Assembly: GCA_965655095.1 (NCBI GenBank)
Contig: OZ296650.1
Location: forward strand, 133,982,001-134,046,000
DNA length: 64,000 nt
Reading direction: 5' to 3'
Source: Haplodiscus bocki
Lineage: Eukaryota
Each line of letters begins with the position of its first letter. Position 1 is the stretch's first letter. The notes under the pieces were generated by a model. That model saw only the letters and a program-made list of their open reading frames with translations, ran no database searches and had not been told where the DNA came from. The position numbers were made by a program, and so were the translations under genes. Of this stretch, positions 46,768 through 61,244 are shown piece by piece.

Positions 46768-46807
46768 TCCCTGGCTGTGCCTAGGGACTCCCTGGCTGTG
46801 CCTAGGG
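46768..46807. repeat. Short tandem duplication, TCCCTGGCTGTGCCTAGGG x2 (21 nt period)
   Basis: Read directly from the sequence. Confidence 0.85.
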
Positions 46808-48264
46808 GGCTGCCTCTCTCAATTCATTTCCGAGAATCTTTTTGTTATAGGATGTTCAAGTAACGTTGCACCTTGGCGGATATCTAGTTCGGTTGCTAGG
46901 AGCCATCTGCTAGCAGGCAAAATTGAACAGAAACCAAAGTTCCGTCTCCACCTGGAGCCATTTTGCTATAGTTTCGAAATGATAATAAACGTACTTTAGT
47001 ACGTGGTAATCAATTGAGGACTTCGTTGCGGTCAAGCTAGCACTAATAACATTTCCACCTGTTTGTTGTACTTCCTTTTTCTCGCTACAAGTTCGACGTA
47101 AAATAATCATTGTCACTTAAAGTAAAGGTCAGGAGTTGGAGAAGTGGAGTAATCGGTTGTGATTTTAGCTCCTGTATTGAAATGTTTTGAAATCAGCGGT
47201 TTCGAAACAATTAATATATACTGACTGAATATAAATAGTCGAAAATGAGATTTTGTTGGGACGAATGACGAAGTCTTGTTGATTCCCATAATTTAAAAAA
47301 TACTAGGCTATTCGGACTGCTCGGGAAAACAAACCATCATAACTGTAATGGCGAATCACACTCAGCAAGGGCCTACAGATTGTTTCGATGTGACCACATT
47401 ACCTACTGATACGGAATGGAAGGGTTCCTTGCTTTTTACTTTTGACACTATTTACGTCTAGTTTTTTCTTTTCATGTTTTGTGGTCTTCTATGTTTTCAT
47501 ATTCCTATGCCAAGTCTGAAAAATTTCTCTGCGTCTGTTAGTAATGAAACTTCTTTCTTTGGGCGCTTACAGTATCATTATTTTCTTTTCTTGCTTTTGC
47601 GATGAAGGTTTTAAACTTCAAAACAGTCAAGTATTCAAAATAATTGCAAATATTTTCCAGTGAAACTGTGTTTGTGAAAAAAAATTGATACGTACCAATT
47701 TTTGCTGCACTTTGTCAGCTCGCTTTGCCTTACATAAAATCTCAGTGGAAGGGAAGAAAATTTAGACTGCTTTTGTCTGCTTCTTTTAACTGAAAACCTT
47801 CGTCACTACCTCAGAAATTTTTCCATCAGACCTGTGCAAATGTTGGGAGACTGTTGCTTTGAGCTTTTCTGTAGTTTGCAAATATGATATTTGCAATTTC
47901 ATGAGCCACGTGGCGGAAACCATAAGTAAAATGGGAGAGCTGCGAAAGCCTTGGTTTTGCTCAGAAGCCCTCGCAAAACCAAGGCTCCTTTGTATTTTGT
48001 AATTTTAATAGGAACAAAAATTGGAACCAATAGGGACATGCGTCTTTTTTGAACTGTGGAAAGGTTGGCAACATACAAATGATTTGATTCCAGAGCTTGC
48101 AGGTCAAAGTGCTAGCATCCATTGCAATTGTTTATGACGCAGATAATTTACTACCAATTTTTATTGAACTGTGTCATGGTGTTTTTTTTTCAAATAGTTA
48201 TGGCGCCCTTTGTCGTCCCAGTTTTCACTTTATTGCAACTTGGCATGAAAGAAGAAACGAAAAT

Positions 48265-51200
48265 ATGAAGCGTCGTCGTTGTACGTCGTGCGGACAGTTT
48301 GTGGGTGCAAGTCATGCTTGCTCGAGAGACATTGATAGAGAGCTTCAATCTGATGAGCCGCTGGGTATCTTATACAAAATTCCCGACATTTCAATCTCCG
48401 TTTCACCAGTTACACGAAGTGAAACTCTCAAGTGTGTCTGAACTTTAGGCCTTATTGATTTTTCAGTCTCTCCAGACATTTCAATCGCAAATGACAGTAT
48501 CATTTGTACTTTGCGTCCGGCGCGTGTTAGTGCAATTCTCGGAGATGGTAATTACCTATTTTCATCTTTAGCAGTTGGTCTTGGTCTGAGAGAGGACTGT
48601 AGAGCAATTATACGAAACATAATTGTTAGCAACATGATTTTTATCAACAATCCGCAAAATAGCTGGCAAACATCAATTAACTCCAATGATTTCCCGAACC
48701 AACACTGTGTTTTGAACTGTTCGTCTGTTGAAGATTACCTCCGCATCTCGAAAATGAGTGAAAGTGGCATCTATGGAACTTGCGTTGAACTCTATGGATT
48801 TTTTTGAGGTTTTCCAAGTGGATGTGTAATTATACCACGTTTCCCTGAAGTCTTGGTTGGTTTATGAATGCTCTTCCAACATGAATTGACGAGGATTTTT
48901 CATCCAGCAAACCTGGAATGCGAATCACTTCGAGGTAATCAATGAGTTGGTTTCAATCACTAATGAATGCATCGTAAGCTCACAAAAACCATTGTGCCTT
49001 AGTTCCATTGCAAAGAACTTTTCAGTTTCAATTTCTGGGGATGAAGTTGACCTTTTCAAACACCATCAGAGCAAAACAGAGGTTCCACCTACGAAAGAAG
49101 TAAAACTCAACACTTATATTTGCTCCTCGAAAAGAGACCTTACAATGATGACGCCACCTTGGCGCGAAAAAGTCCCTAACGTTTCTTTCAATAAGGATTT
49201 GCCAATGTGAGTGCTTCCGGAAAAAACAACAAACGAAGTGAACTGCAAAGACATACAAAACTTCATTCCGGTTCACAGTAGTCCCATTACGTGAACAGAG
49301 AATGATGCAACATCAACACAAACAAAAGATGACAGCTGTAGTTCGGCTGCTGGAGCATTCTGCGATGAAAGCCTGCGACACTCCACGCTTCATTATCCTT
49401 TTAGCCTTATAAAAAAAAAGAAGTCAGATCTTAAGAACAGAATGTTTGGAACGCGATTTAGAGCGCTATTTGTCAACTTATGCAATCTATGTCTCGAATA
49501 CTGCACATCCGACCGTGTTGGCTGGAAGCACGCATGGCCATCCGTTTTTTTCACACTGTTGAGTGATCAAAAGATGTCCATGGAGATGCAGTTGGACGTT
49601 TTAACCTTGTTATCTTTCGAAATCAGACAACAATGGCTAGGAGCCCTTGATGAATTTCCTTCGTGCGTGCAACAATCTTTGGACCAAAGGGAAATCAATG
49701 GGAAAAGTGCCGTTGATGGAAGCCTTCGTTTGCACCGTTTTCAAACACTGATAAAAATTTTGGATAGGGAAAATATTGCGCTAGCCTTGGATAACGAACC
49801 CTACCCGAACGTTCGATGCCCGTTCGGTTCATCGAGGAGTCCGCGTTTATCGCTGTTAAGCAATTTTTGAACTTTATTGACACAGAGTTCAAATCTTTTC
49901 AAGCCTCTGGGCACTTGCATCTCAGAGGAAATAGGTCAGATTTCCTGGTTCCAACCTTCTCCTTGCGACAATTTCTAGTTGCAGTTACTGTGCGCATGGA
50001 TAGCGAAAAAGGGTTGGTGGTTAATGCTTGCTTTATGCCTTCCAAGGGATCATATCTACAGTACCTTCAATCGCCATCACGTCCGGTCTTAACAAGAAAT
50101 GCGGTAATTCATGATGAACGTTTGAGTGTGGTAGCTCCAACAATTTCCTGGATAACAAACATCACAGCAAATTTCGCGAGTCATACGTATCGATTATTGA
50201 GAAGTGTTGGCTCATACGGTGGAATGAGTACAGTTCAGTTGAGGCGACAAACGCGTTGGGACAATACTAGTGGTTTCCTGTACCATGCAGAAGGCGTCGC
50301 TTGCCGCTTCCCAGACGATATTAAAACACTGACTTGCCAATGGGTCAGAGAAGGCAAAATTGTCGAAGATGTCGCTTTAGGAATGCTTCAGTATGAGCCA
50401 CAGATGGAAAATGTGAAAATTTACTTGTCCCATACCTCTTCAACAGACTTGGAAACGTGTGTTCAGTTAACAAAAATAGTGGAAAAAAAGAACAAGATTA
50501 TTTCAATTATTTGGAAGCTTTGAGTTGTTACTGTTTTGCGCATGTCAATGACATTTTTGGGTGTTCGCCCCTCCTCTGAATATTAAAGGCACTAAAGTTT
50601 CCTGTTTGATAGAAGCTGCAGCCTGTGTGTAACCACTGATTTGTCGTTTTTTGGTTAACTCGGCCAAGTACTCTGTGACCTTAAGACCTTTGTTCTGTTT
50701 GCTGAGAAAAACTTTCATTGCCTCGACAAAGAGCAGAAAAACGAGTGGTTCATTCCTTGTGAAACGTTCTCAGGAAGCAATAACGAAAAAATATCAGTTG
50801 TTCTACGGATCCTCAAACTTGTGATGAAACAACTCACGCTATATTCACCACCACTTCTCCTAACAATTTGCGCAACCAAAGCGAACCTCCGCTAAAGTTG
50901 GTTTTCTGCGGGATTAACTATGAATTAATTGCAGTAGGAGAAAAAAGTGAAGGTCTTGACTGCGAACCAAGGCTACTGGTTCGATATGGAGGTGATTACC
51001 AAAAGTTTTGGCTTTTAGACAAAGGTAGCAAACACGCTAGAAAGATGACAGCATCTCCACTTGAGGCTATAAAATCAACTCTTCGTGAATATTGGGTAAT
51101 CGCGATTTACGAAAAATCAAGAAACCTTGAATTAACTGACTTGAAATGGCATTTTCTGAGCACTCTGATTGGTCAAGGTGCGTTCATCTGTTAAACTCAT

Positions 51201-54200
51201 GGAGTAACACTGACCAAAGTCTTCAGAAAGAGTAGTTTTCGCTGCAGGTGCGGCCTTGCTTCTTTTTTGCGCTGTCCTCATTTGCAATGTAACAGTTGCG
51301 TCTGCAAACGTCACTTCAACGAAGGTCAGCAGCAGCCAAACAGACGTGTTCTGATAGATCCAGTACCGATGAGAGAAATTGGAACTAGGAAGCGTTTTTC
51401 ACAATCTTCTTCAGAGTCTTCTAACTCGGAGGTTCTTTCGGAAAATTGCTCTAGCATACAATCGAATGTATGCGAACCTGACGCTGCCATGGAAGCTGTT
51501 AGCATTGAGCGAGGCGAAATTTCTTCTGCAGTTGGTTTTGTTTTTCACAGAAACGACAATACTGGACTTTCTGAGGAGAATACTGAGGTAATGCGTCGAC
51601 TCCAAACTTCGGCGGATCATATGGCAATTTCGATTGATGCAGAAAGAGAAGATCTTTTCAAATTGCCTCTTCATATTCTGCTCAATTCCCAATGCAATCT
51701 TTTGTATCGGCACAAAGGGAACCCGATCAGTCTTTCACTTGAAGAGAGACGTTTTTTAGAACACATCGCAGCAACTTCCACGGCAACTTTGCCTCTAATT
51801 CAAACAGAATCTCTTTTGAAGAACCAAATTTTGGTGTCCAGCTAAAAATGGCATTTTTCATGGAGCAATACCAGCTGCACAATATAACTCATCCAGAAAT
51901 AACAGGCAACTCGGTTTCGCTGGTTTTGAAGACATGCTTCGTACTAGAATCAAAGATGGTTCCCTACTGACATCATGTAATTCAACATATTTGCAGTACG
52001 TTTTGGACAGTCTCTTGAATATGCGACTTCATACAACTGATGTTAGGTTGGTTTTGAATCGAGGGTGGCAAGAATTTAGTTCTGTCCCTCAAAACTGTTC
52101 ATTCGTTTCGATACAAACGTTCAAATTTGATCGTGCCGAAAGTTGTAAAAAGGATTGCGAGCTGGCAGCTCCAATTCGTGATAAAAATCCGACATATTTT
52201 GTGATATAAACCTGCCGCCAGTCAACCCACCCCGGGATTCGAGAAAATTTCAAAGCCCTACAAGACCTGTATCCCCCTGAAACTACTCCAAAGGATCTGC
52301 TCTCAGCAGCTATCCAAGCAGAACTGATGCCAATGCTCAGGTGTTGGTATCGAGCTTCACAATACGTTATGGAGTTGGTGAACAAGTCTCCAGAAAAACC
52401 ACTAGGACCAGTTTCTCACATTTGGATGCGGTATGAATGGCAAAACGAAACAGCTGGGTTCCCTCATCTGCATTCGATACTTTGTACACAACAAGACAAG
52501 TTCTCAATTGAAGTCAGATCTACAGTATGCTGTTCGAAAGTAACGTTTTTAGGTGCTTCAGAAAAAAGTTCCCCTGCATTGAGCACAGATGAACGGTTGC
52601 ATCTCAGTGAATTATTCTAGAAATATCGAATTCATAGCTGTGCCAAAGGGCGTCGAAGGTGCCATAAAAATCAGATCGTATCAATCGACCAATATGTCGT
52701 GTGCCCAAATATCCATGATCAAATGCATTTACCTTAAAAGAAGTTCCTATTAACTCTTCATATGAAACAATGGACCTTTTACAGGAGGTGGATTTAGCTG
52801 AAATTGATGATAAAACTTTGTTACCGAAATTGAAGAGCTCCCTACTTGCTGGGAAGCATCACTATCCTACTGTGTCGAACGAGCATTTCTCACCAACTAA
52901 CGCACCTTTGTTTGCGTTGACCCAATCGAGCACTAACGTTCGAGGTTGTGACGATTACATGGCACCCCGTTATATTGCGAAGTATGCAGCGGGTATTGAA
53001 TCTCGAGCAGCGGCTAAAATTGTCACTGGTGAGACAGAAAACAGCGTTAAAGTTTTGACGGAGCCAGTAGAGCAGGAGAAGGTAGCAGGAATCCAGGCTA
53101 GTTTGAAGACGTTGCGACAGGAAGAGAAACAAAAATCATTGACGGGCCGAGTTGTCAGCATAACTGAATGTCTCTGGGGGTGCTTACAACTTCCTTACGT
53201 TTGCACAAACGCAGATTTTATCCACCTGTCTACAGTACCCAAAGAATATCGTTTTTAAATGAGAAGCCTTTTATCAAGGCTCCGAAATTTTGGAGCCACT
53301 TTCACTGATCGCGTCCAAATACGATCGAGGTACTACGTTTTCCGAAACAGAGACAATTCACAGAAAATCAGGTCCTCCTCCTTGCAGATGTTGAAAGCAG
53401 CTGCCTTTCCCCTGACAAAATAACTGTTTTGACTCAGGCCACTGGAACTTTTGTTCGTATCCAAGTTAAAAGACTACTACAGCTGGTTTGTTCGGTGGAA
53501 ACCAAAAAGTACCAACAGCATCAGCAGTCATGAAAAGTTCTTGAAACAAAGTGTCAATAAAAGTTGTTGGGTTGTTGCAATTGGATATCTGGTAAAAATG
53601 CACCCTGGCTCTTTCATTAATCTTTGTCAAGGAAAAAAAAGATGGAGGACGGAATAGCATTCTGAAACGCGAAACGAGGAAACACATTGTTCCAGTTCTT
53701 CTGAAGGAAAAAAATCTCAGTTTTTTGCACTCTGGAAACACTTGTTTGAAGAAGAGGCCTTAGTGGTTTTCAGTAGCATTTTACCGAATAACCCAACGAA
53801 GTTTGTACTTCACCTGTTACTAACCTTCGGTGATTTCGAAACGGAGCAGGATATGTTGAATGTTCAAACTCTTAAAGAAACCTACATAAAAGCAAAAGTT
53901 TTGTCAGACCAGACGGTCAATGAGGAGACGGTCAAGGAATTGACAAAGAAATATTTGCTTGAGCAACTTCGCTTCACTCCAGGGTCTTCTAAGTTAATTG
54001 ACTCATTCCTACTAATGGCCCAAATTGTTCTTGGAGATGCCCTTTTAAGAAATAGCCTTTATTTTGCAGCTGCCCTACCAGTTGTGCTGGACAAAAGTGT
54101 GCTTGAAGAACGCGGGGAAACGGTGACAATTCAACTGGTGATGGAAAAAAGTAAAATGGTGGCTTATCATCAGACTTGTCAGACACCATTACCCATTGAG

Positions 54201-56147
54201 CAGACGATGTTGGATGCAACTGTCGAGAACGCAGTGCCTTGGAAGCCAATTATACGGAAAAGTTCCGATCAATCTAAAAACTCTTATCTTGAACAAAGTC
54301 GACTTTTAGACAAACTCATCAATTCAATTGATAAGTACAAACAGGGGCATTGCACCTTCACAAGACATCAGATCATTTTTCGTCCACCAGGAAGCGGCAA
54401 AACATTCGTCATGCTGAAATCTCTTGCATATGCTATTTGTCAGGGATTGAATTATGTGGTGACAGTTCTAGCAACTGAAAGATCTGCCGCCTTAGCAGGG
54501 AAACATTTATATGCTCTAATCTCGTTTCCAGTTGAAAAATCTCCCTCAGCCGGATCACTTTCGAAAAAAAGCTTTGTCTAATTTACAACAATCTCCTATC
54601 AAAAGCCGAATTTTGCAGAATCTAGATGTTTTTTTCCAAAGAATTGTCGATGATTTGTAGCGAGCTTTGGGCAGCAACAAATCACATTTTGCAGGTAGTC
54701 ACTTCAAATTATGTTCCTTTCGGCGGAAAGCTGGTTGTTGCAACTGGTGATTTCTTTCAACTTCTTCCGCCGTCGGGCTCCTACTTGATGAGTTCCTCTT
54801 TCCGTTTAACAACCTTCGCCTTCTCCCCCTTGGAAAGTTTCGTTCAAATGCGCAACAAAAACGGGCAAGAACTGTTGTCATTGTTATCAGCAACACCAAA
54901 AACAGATAAAAACGCGGAACGTATTCGGAAAATAATCGAGAAAGATTGCACTTTTGTACAATCCTGGAACGAAGTGCCCAACAATAGAATTCGAATTTTC
55001 GCAACTAGACAGGCGGAACGGAAAGCAACTGAGAGTAAAATTGCTGAAGTGAAAAGCAGTGGAACTAAATTTTTTGAAAGTGCATCGATCGACGAAATGT
55101 GCCTTTCGAGCATCGACAACTGGACAGAGGCGTCCGTAACAGCTTCTAAATTCCTGAAAAAAAGTGCCTTGAGCCCCAATCTTTATTTCTGTACGCTGGT
55201 GCCATTTTGCGTTCACCTGTCAACAAACCATCTTTATCAGCATATCAAGGTCAAAATTGCGTCCGTCTCTCTTTGGATACCATTGAAAGTGGCACTGTAA
55301 CAATTGCTCTTGCTCCAGCTGGATGCCGAACGATCCCACTGCTATCTGTGATCAGGAACAGTTGGCGGTGTGTTGCAATCGGCAAAGAAACCGGTGTTGC
55401 ATTGTGATTGAATCATAAAATAGTGTGCAGAAGAATTCAATTTCCTTTAAAACTGTTCGTTGCCTCCACTAGTCATAAAACTATGGGTGGAACTTTGCCG
55501 ATGGTAGCGACGCAAATAGTGGGTTCAAAAGATTTTGCTTTATGGCTTCCTGAGCAGTTGTGTGTGGTAATGAGTAGGGTAAGGAATTTAAACCAAGTCA
55601 CTTTCGTAGGTACGAAGGAGGCCAAGAGAGCAGCAGTTTTAGGATTGGTCCGAAAAAGATCACAGTGGAGTGAGTTGACAAGTGAAATTTTGACAAAAAG
55701 TTCTGCTCGTGATCCTACTTTTTTTCTTGCCAATGCATCCCCCTTCCCTCCCACAACTCGAGACTTGCCAACCCAAAACTTGGGCTTTTCTTACTTTCTA
55801 CAGAGTTTCCCACAAAATGAGCTCTTATACATTAGGTCCACCATGTCTTTGTTGCGTCGTTTAAAGGAACACAATGCTGGATTAGGTTGCTCCTTCGCAA
55901 AACTTCAAAATCGATTCCCCTGGAAAGTTTGTGCCTATGTAACTGGATTCATCTACCCTAATGCCTCTCAAAGAATCCGTGTTTTTGAGGAAGAATGGCT
56001 GAATGCTGCATCGAGCTACGTAAACGTGAAAAAAAATGTCTCACTGTTCACAGCCTCAGCTTAGGCGAAATTATTGCAAGCAACTGGCCGCACAAAGATG
56101 ACGATTTGAAATTTGTAGTAAGTTGCAATGATTCCACTACCTACTGA
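48265..56147 (+). pseudogene. Degenerate OTU/Rep/PIF1/GIY-YIG gene
   Basis: Many colinear ORF fragments match element B (KRRRCTSCGQFVG, RYEWQNETAGFPHLH, YIAKY, RPPGSGKT, EHNAGLG). Numerous stops and frameshifts; OTU Cys>Tyr (GDGNY); YIG>YIR. Confidence 0.92.
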
Positions 56148-59100
56148 AAACCTTCTGAAAGACTGCATTCATTTAATTAAAGATGGCGAAACTTTTCTCA
56201 CGGTCCACCTGCTGCTCTGTAGAACAATTTCAAGAATGCGTTGCTGCCAATCACTTCAACTGTACAGTGGAGTGTTGGTAGACTTTGCTATTGTGCGTCC
56301 ATGATTACTTGCATCGACTGCACAGTGATGCAAAATTTTAGCCTGGGCGCCTTATTCAACTTCCAACCAGTGGAACGATTGCTTCGACTGTACGTGTTGC
56401 ACTCTGAAGCAATACCTCGACTTTCATGTACTACCCCTAATGATATGGATTGGTGTAATTTTTGATTGTTCTGAATACTGTGTTAGTTAAGTGTTTAAGT
56501 GTTTTAAAGTAACCTTGTAATTTTGATAATAAACTGAAAACCTTCCTTTTCAAAATTTGTTCTCAAAGCATTCAGTCTATCTATTCAATTTAATGGTTTG
56601 TGCTGACTTCTGTTTTTCCGGTTTTCTTTTTTTCAGTCTGTGAAATACAATTTTTGCTGCATTGATCAACCTGGGCAGAGGTTTCATCTGAAACTTTTCT
56701 CGAGAAATTTCCCAGGAACATTTTTTCCAGCAGAAACTTTGCATGTCAGTCATCTTTTCCAACACTCTTTTTAAAAGTACCTTTTGATGTGTTTCCCAGG
56801 ACGGCTGCTCTCTTTTCCACCTTTGCGACTTGCATCGTTAACCTTAAAGGACGTGGCTGAAGAATCTTGCATTGTAAAGAAAAACGGATTTGAAAGGTTT
56901 TCCTCGTTTTGGGTATGCTAATCAGGACATTAGAACCGCTTTTGGATTTCTGGACCCTTTATAATGTCAACTGTAATATCCATATTTGCCAAAGGTGTGG
57001 CAATAAACTTTCTGCAAACTTCACTTTTGGGAAAGTGATTGCGAAACTACGTAAAATAACAATAGAAACGTGTGATGTTAGCTTTTCCGAAGTCAGTACT
57101 CCAGTGAAAGGTTACTCGGTAGGCTTCTGTTTGGATCAAAATATTTGTTCAAAAACATTGTGAGGTTTTTTTAAAAACCCGAAGGCTATGCAAGTTTAGG
57201 AGGTACTTAATAAATGAAGAAAGTTTGACTGCCTTAAAGCTTGTACCTGCCGATAACGGATGTCGTACAGAGATGAGGCAATTTTGGATCAACTTCGCCA
57301 GCAGGTTTTTGCTCATTGCATTTCATACGGCCGAAAGTCAGGTTTTTCCAGGAGTTTTTGCACAGGTTCCATTCAATATTTCACTTGAGCAATAGAAAAC
57401 GTACAATGTGTAAAATAAAGAAATTTTAAAAGTTTTTGCTTCTCAGGACTGCGACTATACGTTGATGATGATAACGTCTCACGGATTTTGTTAGCTGCAC
57501 ATGAAATATTTTTGGAATGCAGAAATGCAATGAACGCAGGGTGTTAGCCCGACATTTGCTGTAGTAACTACGTGAAGTTTCCCCAAACGAAATACATGGG
57601 AATACATATGCGTGGAAGTATGTTTTTTTTTTGAAATACATGTAATGATTTCCGCACTGCCACGCACATGGTTACGGTAAAAAAAATAGGCTTTCAATGC
57701 AGCATGCTGCATAACTGTTCACTGATAACCTGTGACCTAAATGTGAATTTAGAGTGTCCCTGCATTTTCCTTTGGGTCCTGTTATTTGGAAATTATACAT
57801 TTTATTACGTCGTCTGAGTACAGTAGACTTTTGAGTAATTCCTTTTTGATTTTTTCCGAAATTTTACCGAGGTAAATGCCCCAAAATTAGCAGTTCGTCT
57901 ACCGAGGAATGCGTTTTTGCATTCTCGTCAAAGTGTTAGCCCATTATAATGTGTCTTCATACGTCATTACAAGTGCTGGCAATGTCCATCGCTTTGGAAA
58001 CGATATGACGGAGAGAATGCAAAAGGTGTTGAATAAAAATGTTCTTGAAGACATAATTTTGTACGGTTCACTTAGTATAAACGCGAAACGAAATTTCTCT
58101 TATTTAGGAAGATATCTCGATGTATGCGTATTTGTAGAATTGTTACTGCTTTTGATTAACCCTCGCAATACGTGGCTTACAATTTCTTCTGAACCACTTC
58201 AACATTTCATTGCAAAGGACTTTCCACCGAGCAAACCCAACAATATCCACTGAGTGAAAACATGTAACAGAAGAAACAACGAAATTATTGTTGAAGTCTA
58301 CAGTTTTTTTCATTTTTCACTTATTCGGTGCCTTGGAAAATTTTACAATTTTCCATTCATTGACTCCACACAGCCCTTTAATGTATACCAGTAAAACATG
58401 TTCCTGTCTCAACACTTGGTTAGCAGTGACTTCTTCAGATTCAGGGCTTAAATTAATCGGTTGCCTGAATATGAGTTGACACAGAACGTCGATGGTTTTG
58501 CTTAATATGACAAAAAGTACGCTTTTCCCCTTATATGCTTTCTGGTTATCGTCATACTGCTTGATTAATGGATTGTTTTTGTTCCGGAAAGAACTTAATT
58601 GAATTGAGATGAATTGATTCGTTTTCAGTTTCTTTGAAATGCTAATGTACTTCGAAAAAACCCTAAATTAAACTGTTCCCATCTTTTTACACCCTCATGG
58701 ACTGCGATCAAGAAAAAGTTCTTTACGAAAACTTCTTGAGGGTGTTGCTTTTCTGGAGCTGTAGCGAAGTATTTCGTTTCTAATAATTTAAATCGAATCT
58801 TTCATGAACCATAAAAACAACTTGCAGCTAAGTATGAGTTTTCTGTGGTACAGCAAACAATCCCGCGCCGAAGTAACATGAATTTTTTTACCATGCCTCT
58901 AAATTTTGCCCCTGTTTTCTTCCACATTTGTCAACCTTCAGGATCAGTGCAAAGGGAGAGCAGTTCAATTGAAATGATCTTCCTGGGAATGACAACAACA
59001 AGATAGTTTTTTAAATGCACCGAAAAAAGCAATGATGAAAGTACTAGTTTTCATTTGAAAAGGATTTATTGGAAACTGTACGACGCATTTTGAGTGTGCA

Positions 59101-60178
59101 GCTAGATTTTTTTGAACTTTTTCGTTGGTTGAACTGTTCGTTTGAACTGAATATCTTCTGAAATTTGTGCATCCCAGTAAATATAGCGGTGACCAGTTGT
59201 GCACAAAAACCCGACTTTTTCGGTGATTTTCATGACTTGAAGCAGTTAAGTTCGTCTTGCGTCTTGTTTCCCGTTTCCTGAGCGAAATTTTCTTTTCTCA
59301 TTCTCTTTTCTTCGAATCTTCCAATATATCGGGAATGTTTTTGGTCAGCATCCTTGAAAGTGGTTCTTGCGGGAACATAAACATATTTTGCTAATTTAAA
59401 AAACAACGGGTCGGAAATCGTGGTATTGAATATTCAGCTTTGTTTCCAAACATATTGACAAACAATTAGATTTTTCAGATGAGTCCTTTCCGAATGGAGA
59501 ATTTGTGCCACCAGTAGATTGTGGTTTGCTTTTGGAAGGCACAATTGTGACAATTGAATTCTACTATAAAAACTAATTTTTTTGTGAGTTTAATTTTTTT
59601 TTTCAAAAAATTCGTCATAACCGTCATTTTTTTCGGCAAACTGGCCAAAATTTTTTCAACTTCGAAAAATTGTCTTTCAAGTTATGGAGTCAATTTCATA
59701 ATGGAGCCACTCCAGAGTGCCAACTATGTACTTCAAAGTAGGAGCTATGACGAAATGATCGATTTTCGGCAATTTTTTCCATCTTTGATGCGTCATATCT
59801 CCACACCTATGACGAGTAGGTAGAAATTTTTTAGCATGTGTATAGCTCTTAGTTAATCTGCTTCACTCGAAAAGATTCGGCCAAATGCATGTGGTTACTT
59901 GCAGGGCGGTTGGTAAAAAACTGCAAAAAGAGGCCAGAAAACAGAATCATCCCGTCATAACTCCCCAACCAAATGAGCTAGGAAGATCAATCTTGCACCA
60001 TTGTTCTTAGAATTGAAAGTTATGCCCGCATGCAAAGTTTGATCCAAATCGTATGGGTGGGAGATGAGATCGCTAATTCCCTATACCGTTTGTGCATATT
60101 TGTTTTTTCATATATTTTAACGCTCGGCAAAGGGGCCCCTCCCCCGCCTCGCAAGGACTAATGTGGGGCGCGATCCCC

Positions 60179-60196
60179 TGACCACCCAGTGGAGGC
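60179..60196 (+). repeat. Invariant junction 18-mer (C/N3)
   Basis: Exact match. Confidence 0.97.
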
Positions 60197-61226
60197 ACCG
60201 GTGAAAATCACCAGGTGGCGGTCACTGGATATACACCTCTGAAAAAGGAAAAAAAACTACTAGTCTTTTCCTCGAACACAGTATTGATTTTTGCAAACGC
60301 ATGTTTTATACATTGAAATTGAGCCGTTGAAATCTTCGTTGATATCAAAAAGACATCGATGATGAAACTTGCGAACGCTTTGGCCCCGTTGTTTCTCCGT
60401 GCCGCTTCGCTAATCTACGAAACAACGGGGCCGGGCAATTAACAATTTGACTTTTGAGATTTTCCCCCTCAATTTTAGACCAAATTAAATATTACTTTTT
60501 TCCCAGAAAAACTTCAAAACTTCAACCAACGAAAGATGCTAAACTTCAAAAGGCTGCACATTAAGACAATTCTGAAGGACAACTGGCGGAATAAATGCCA
60601 GATTTGAATTCTTGAATTAAAACTGGGTTTTTGTAAATTTTCATTTTTTTTCTGAATTTTTCGTCATAACCGTCATTTTTTTCGGCATACTGGCCGAAAA
60701 TTTTTTATCGTCGAAAAACTATCTTTCAAATTATGGGGTCAATTTCATACTGGGGCCACTCCAAAGCGCAAACTAGGTAATTCAAAGTTGGAGCTATGAC
60801 GAAATGATCAAATTTTGGCATTTTTTTCCAAATTTGATGCGTCATATCTCCACACTTATGACGAATTGGTAGAAAAATTTTACATGTGTGTAGCTCTTTG
60901 TTATTCTGCTTCACACGAAAAGTTTCGGCCAAATGCATGTGGTTAATTGCAGGGCTGTTGGTTAAAAACTGCAAAAAATGGCCAAAAAACAGAATCATTC
61001 CGTCATAATTCCCCAACCAGTTTTGCTAGAATGATCTAACTTGCACCATTGTTCATAGAATTGTAAACTATGCCTGCATGCAAAGTCTCGTCAAAATCGT
61101 ATGGGTGGGAGCTGAGATCGCAAATTCCCTATACCGTATGTTCGTATTTGTTATTTCTTATATTTTAACGCGAGGCAAAGGGGCCCCTCCCCCGCCTCGC
61201 CAGGACGTATGACGGGCGCAATCCCT

Positions 61227-61244
61227 TGACCACCCAGTGGAGGC
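61227..61244 (+). repeat. Invariant junction 18-mer (N3/D)
   Basis: Exact match. Confidence 0.97.

Larger units (their letters stand above)
44962..60196 (+). mobile_element. Unit C: decayed B-related element (15217 bp period)
   Basis: Bounded by 18-mers; fragmented Rep-helicase gene; no recognisable SGNH gene or ORF2. Confidence 0.85.
60179..61244 (+). mobile_element. Unit N3: non-autonomous mini-element (1048 bp period)
   Basis: N1/N2-like left end and internal hairpin (60382-60432), with a B-type right-terminal module. Confidence 0.85.

Noticed and set aside
10926-61244. The 18-mer series as a CRISPR array or a true integron
   Set aside because: Intervals are 1-17 kb, no cas gene or tyrosine/serine recombinase is recognisable, and the context is eukaryotic. 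The integron comparison is only an analogy.
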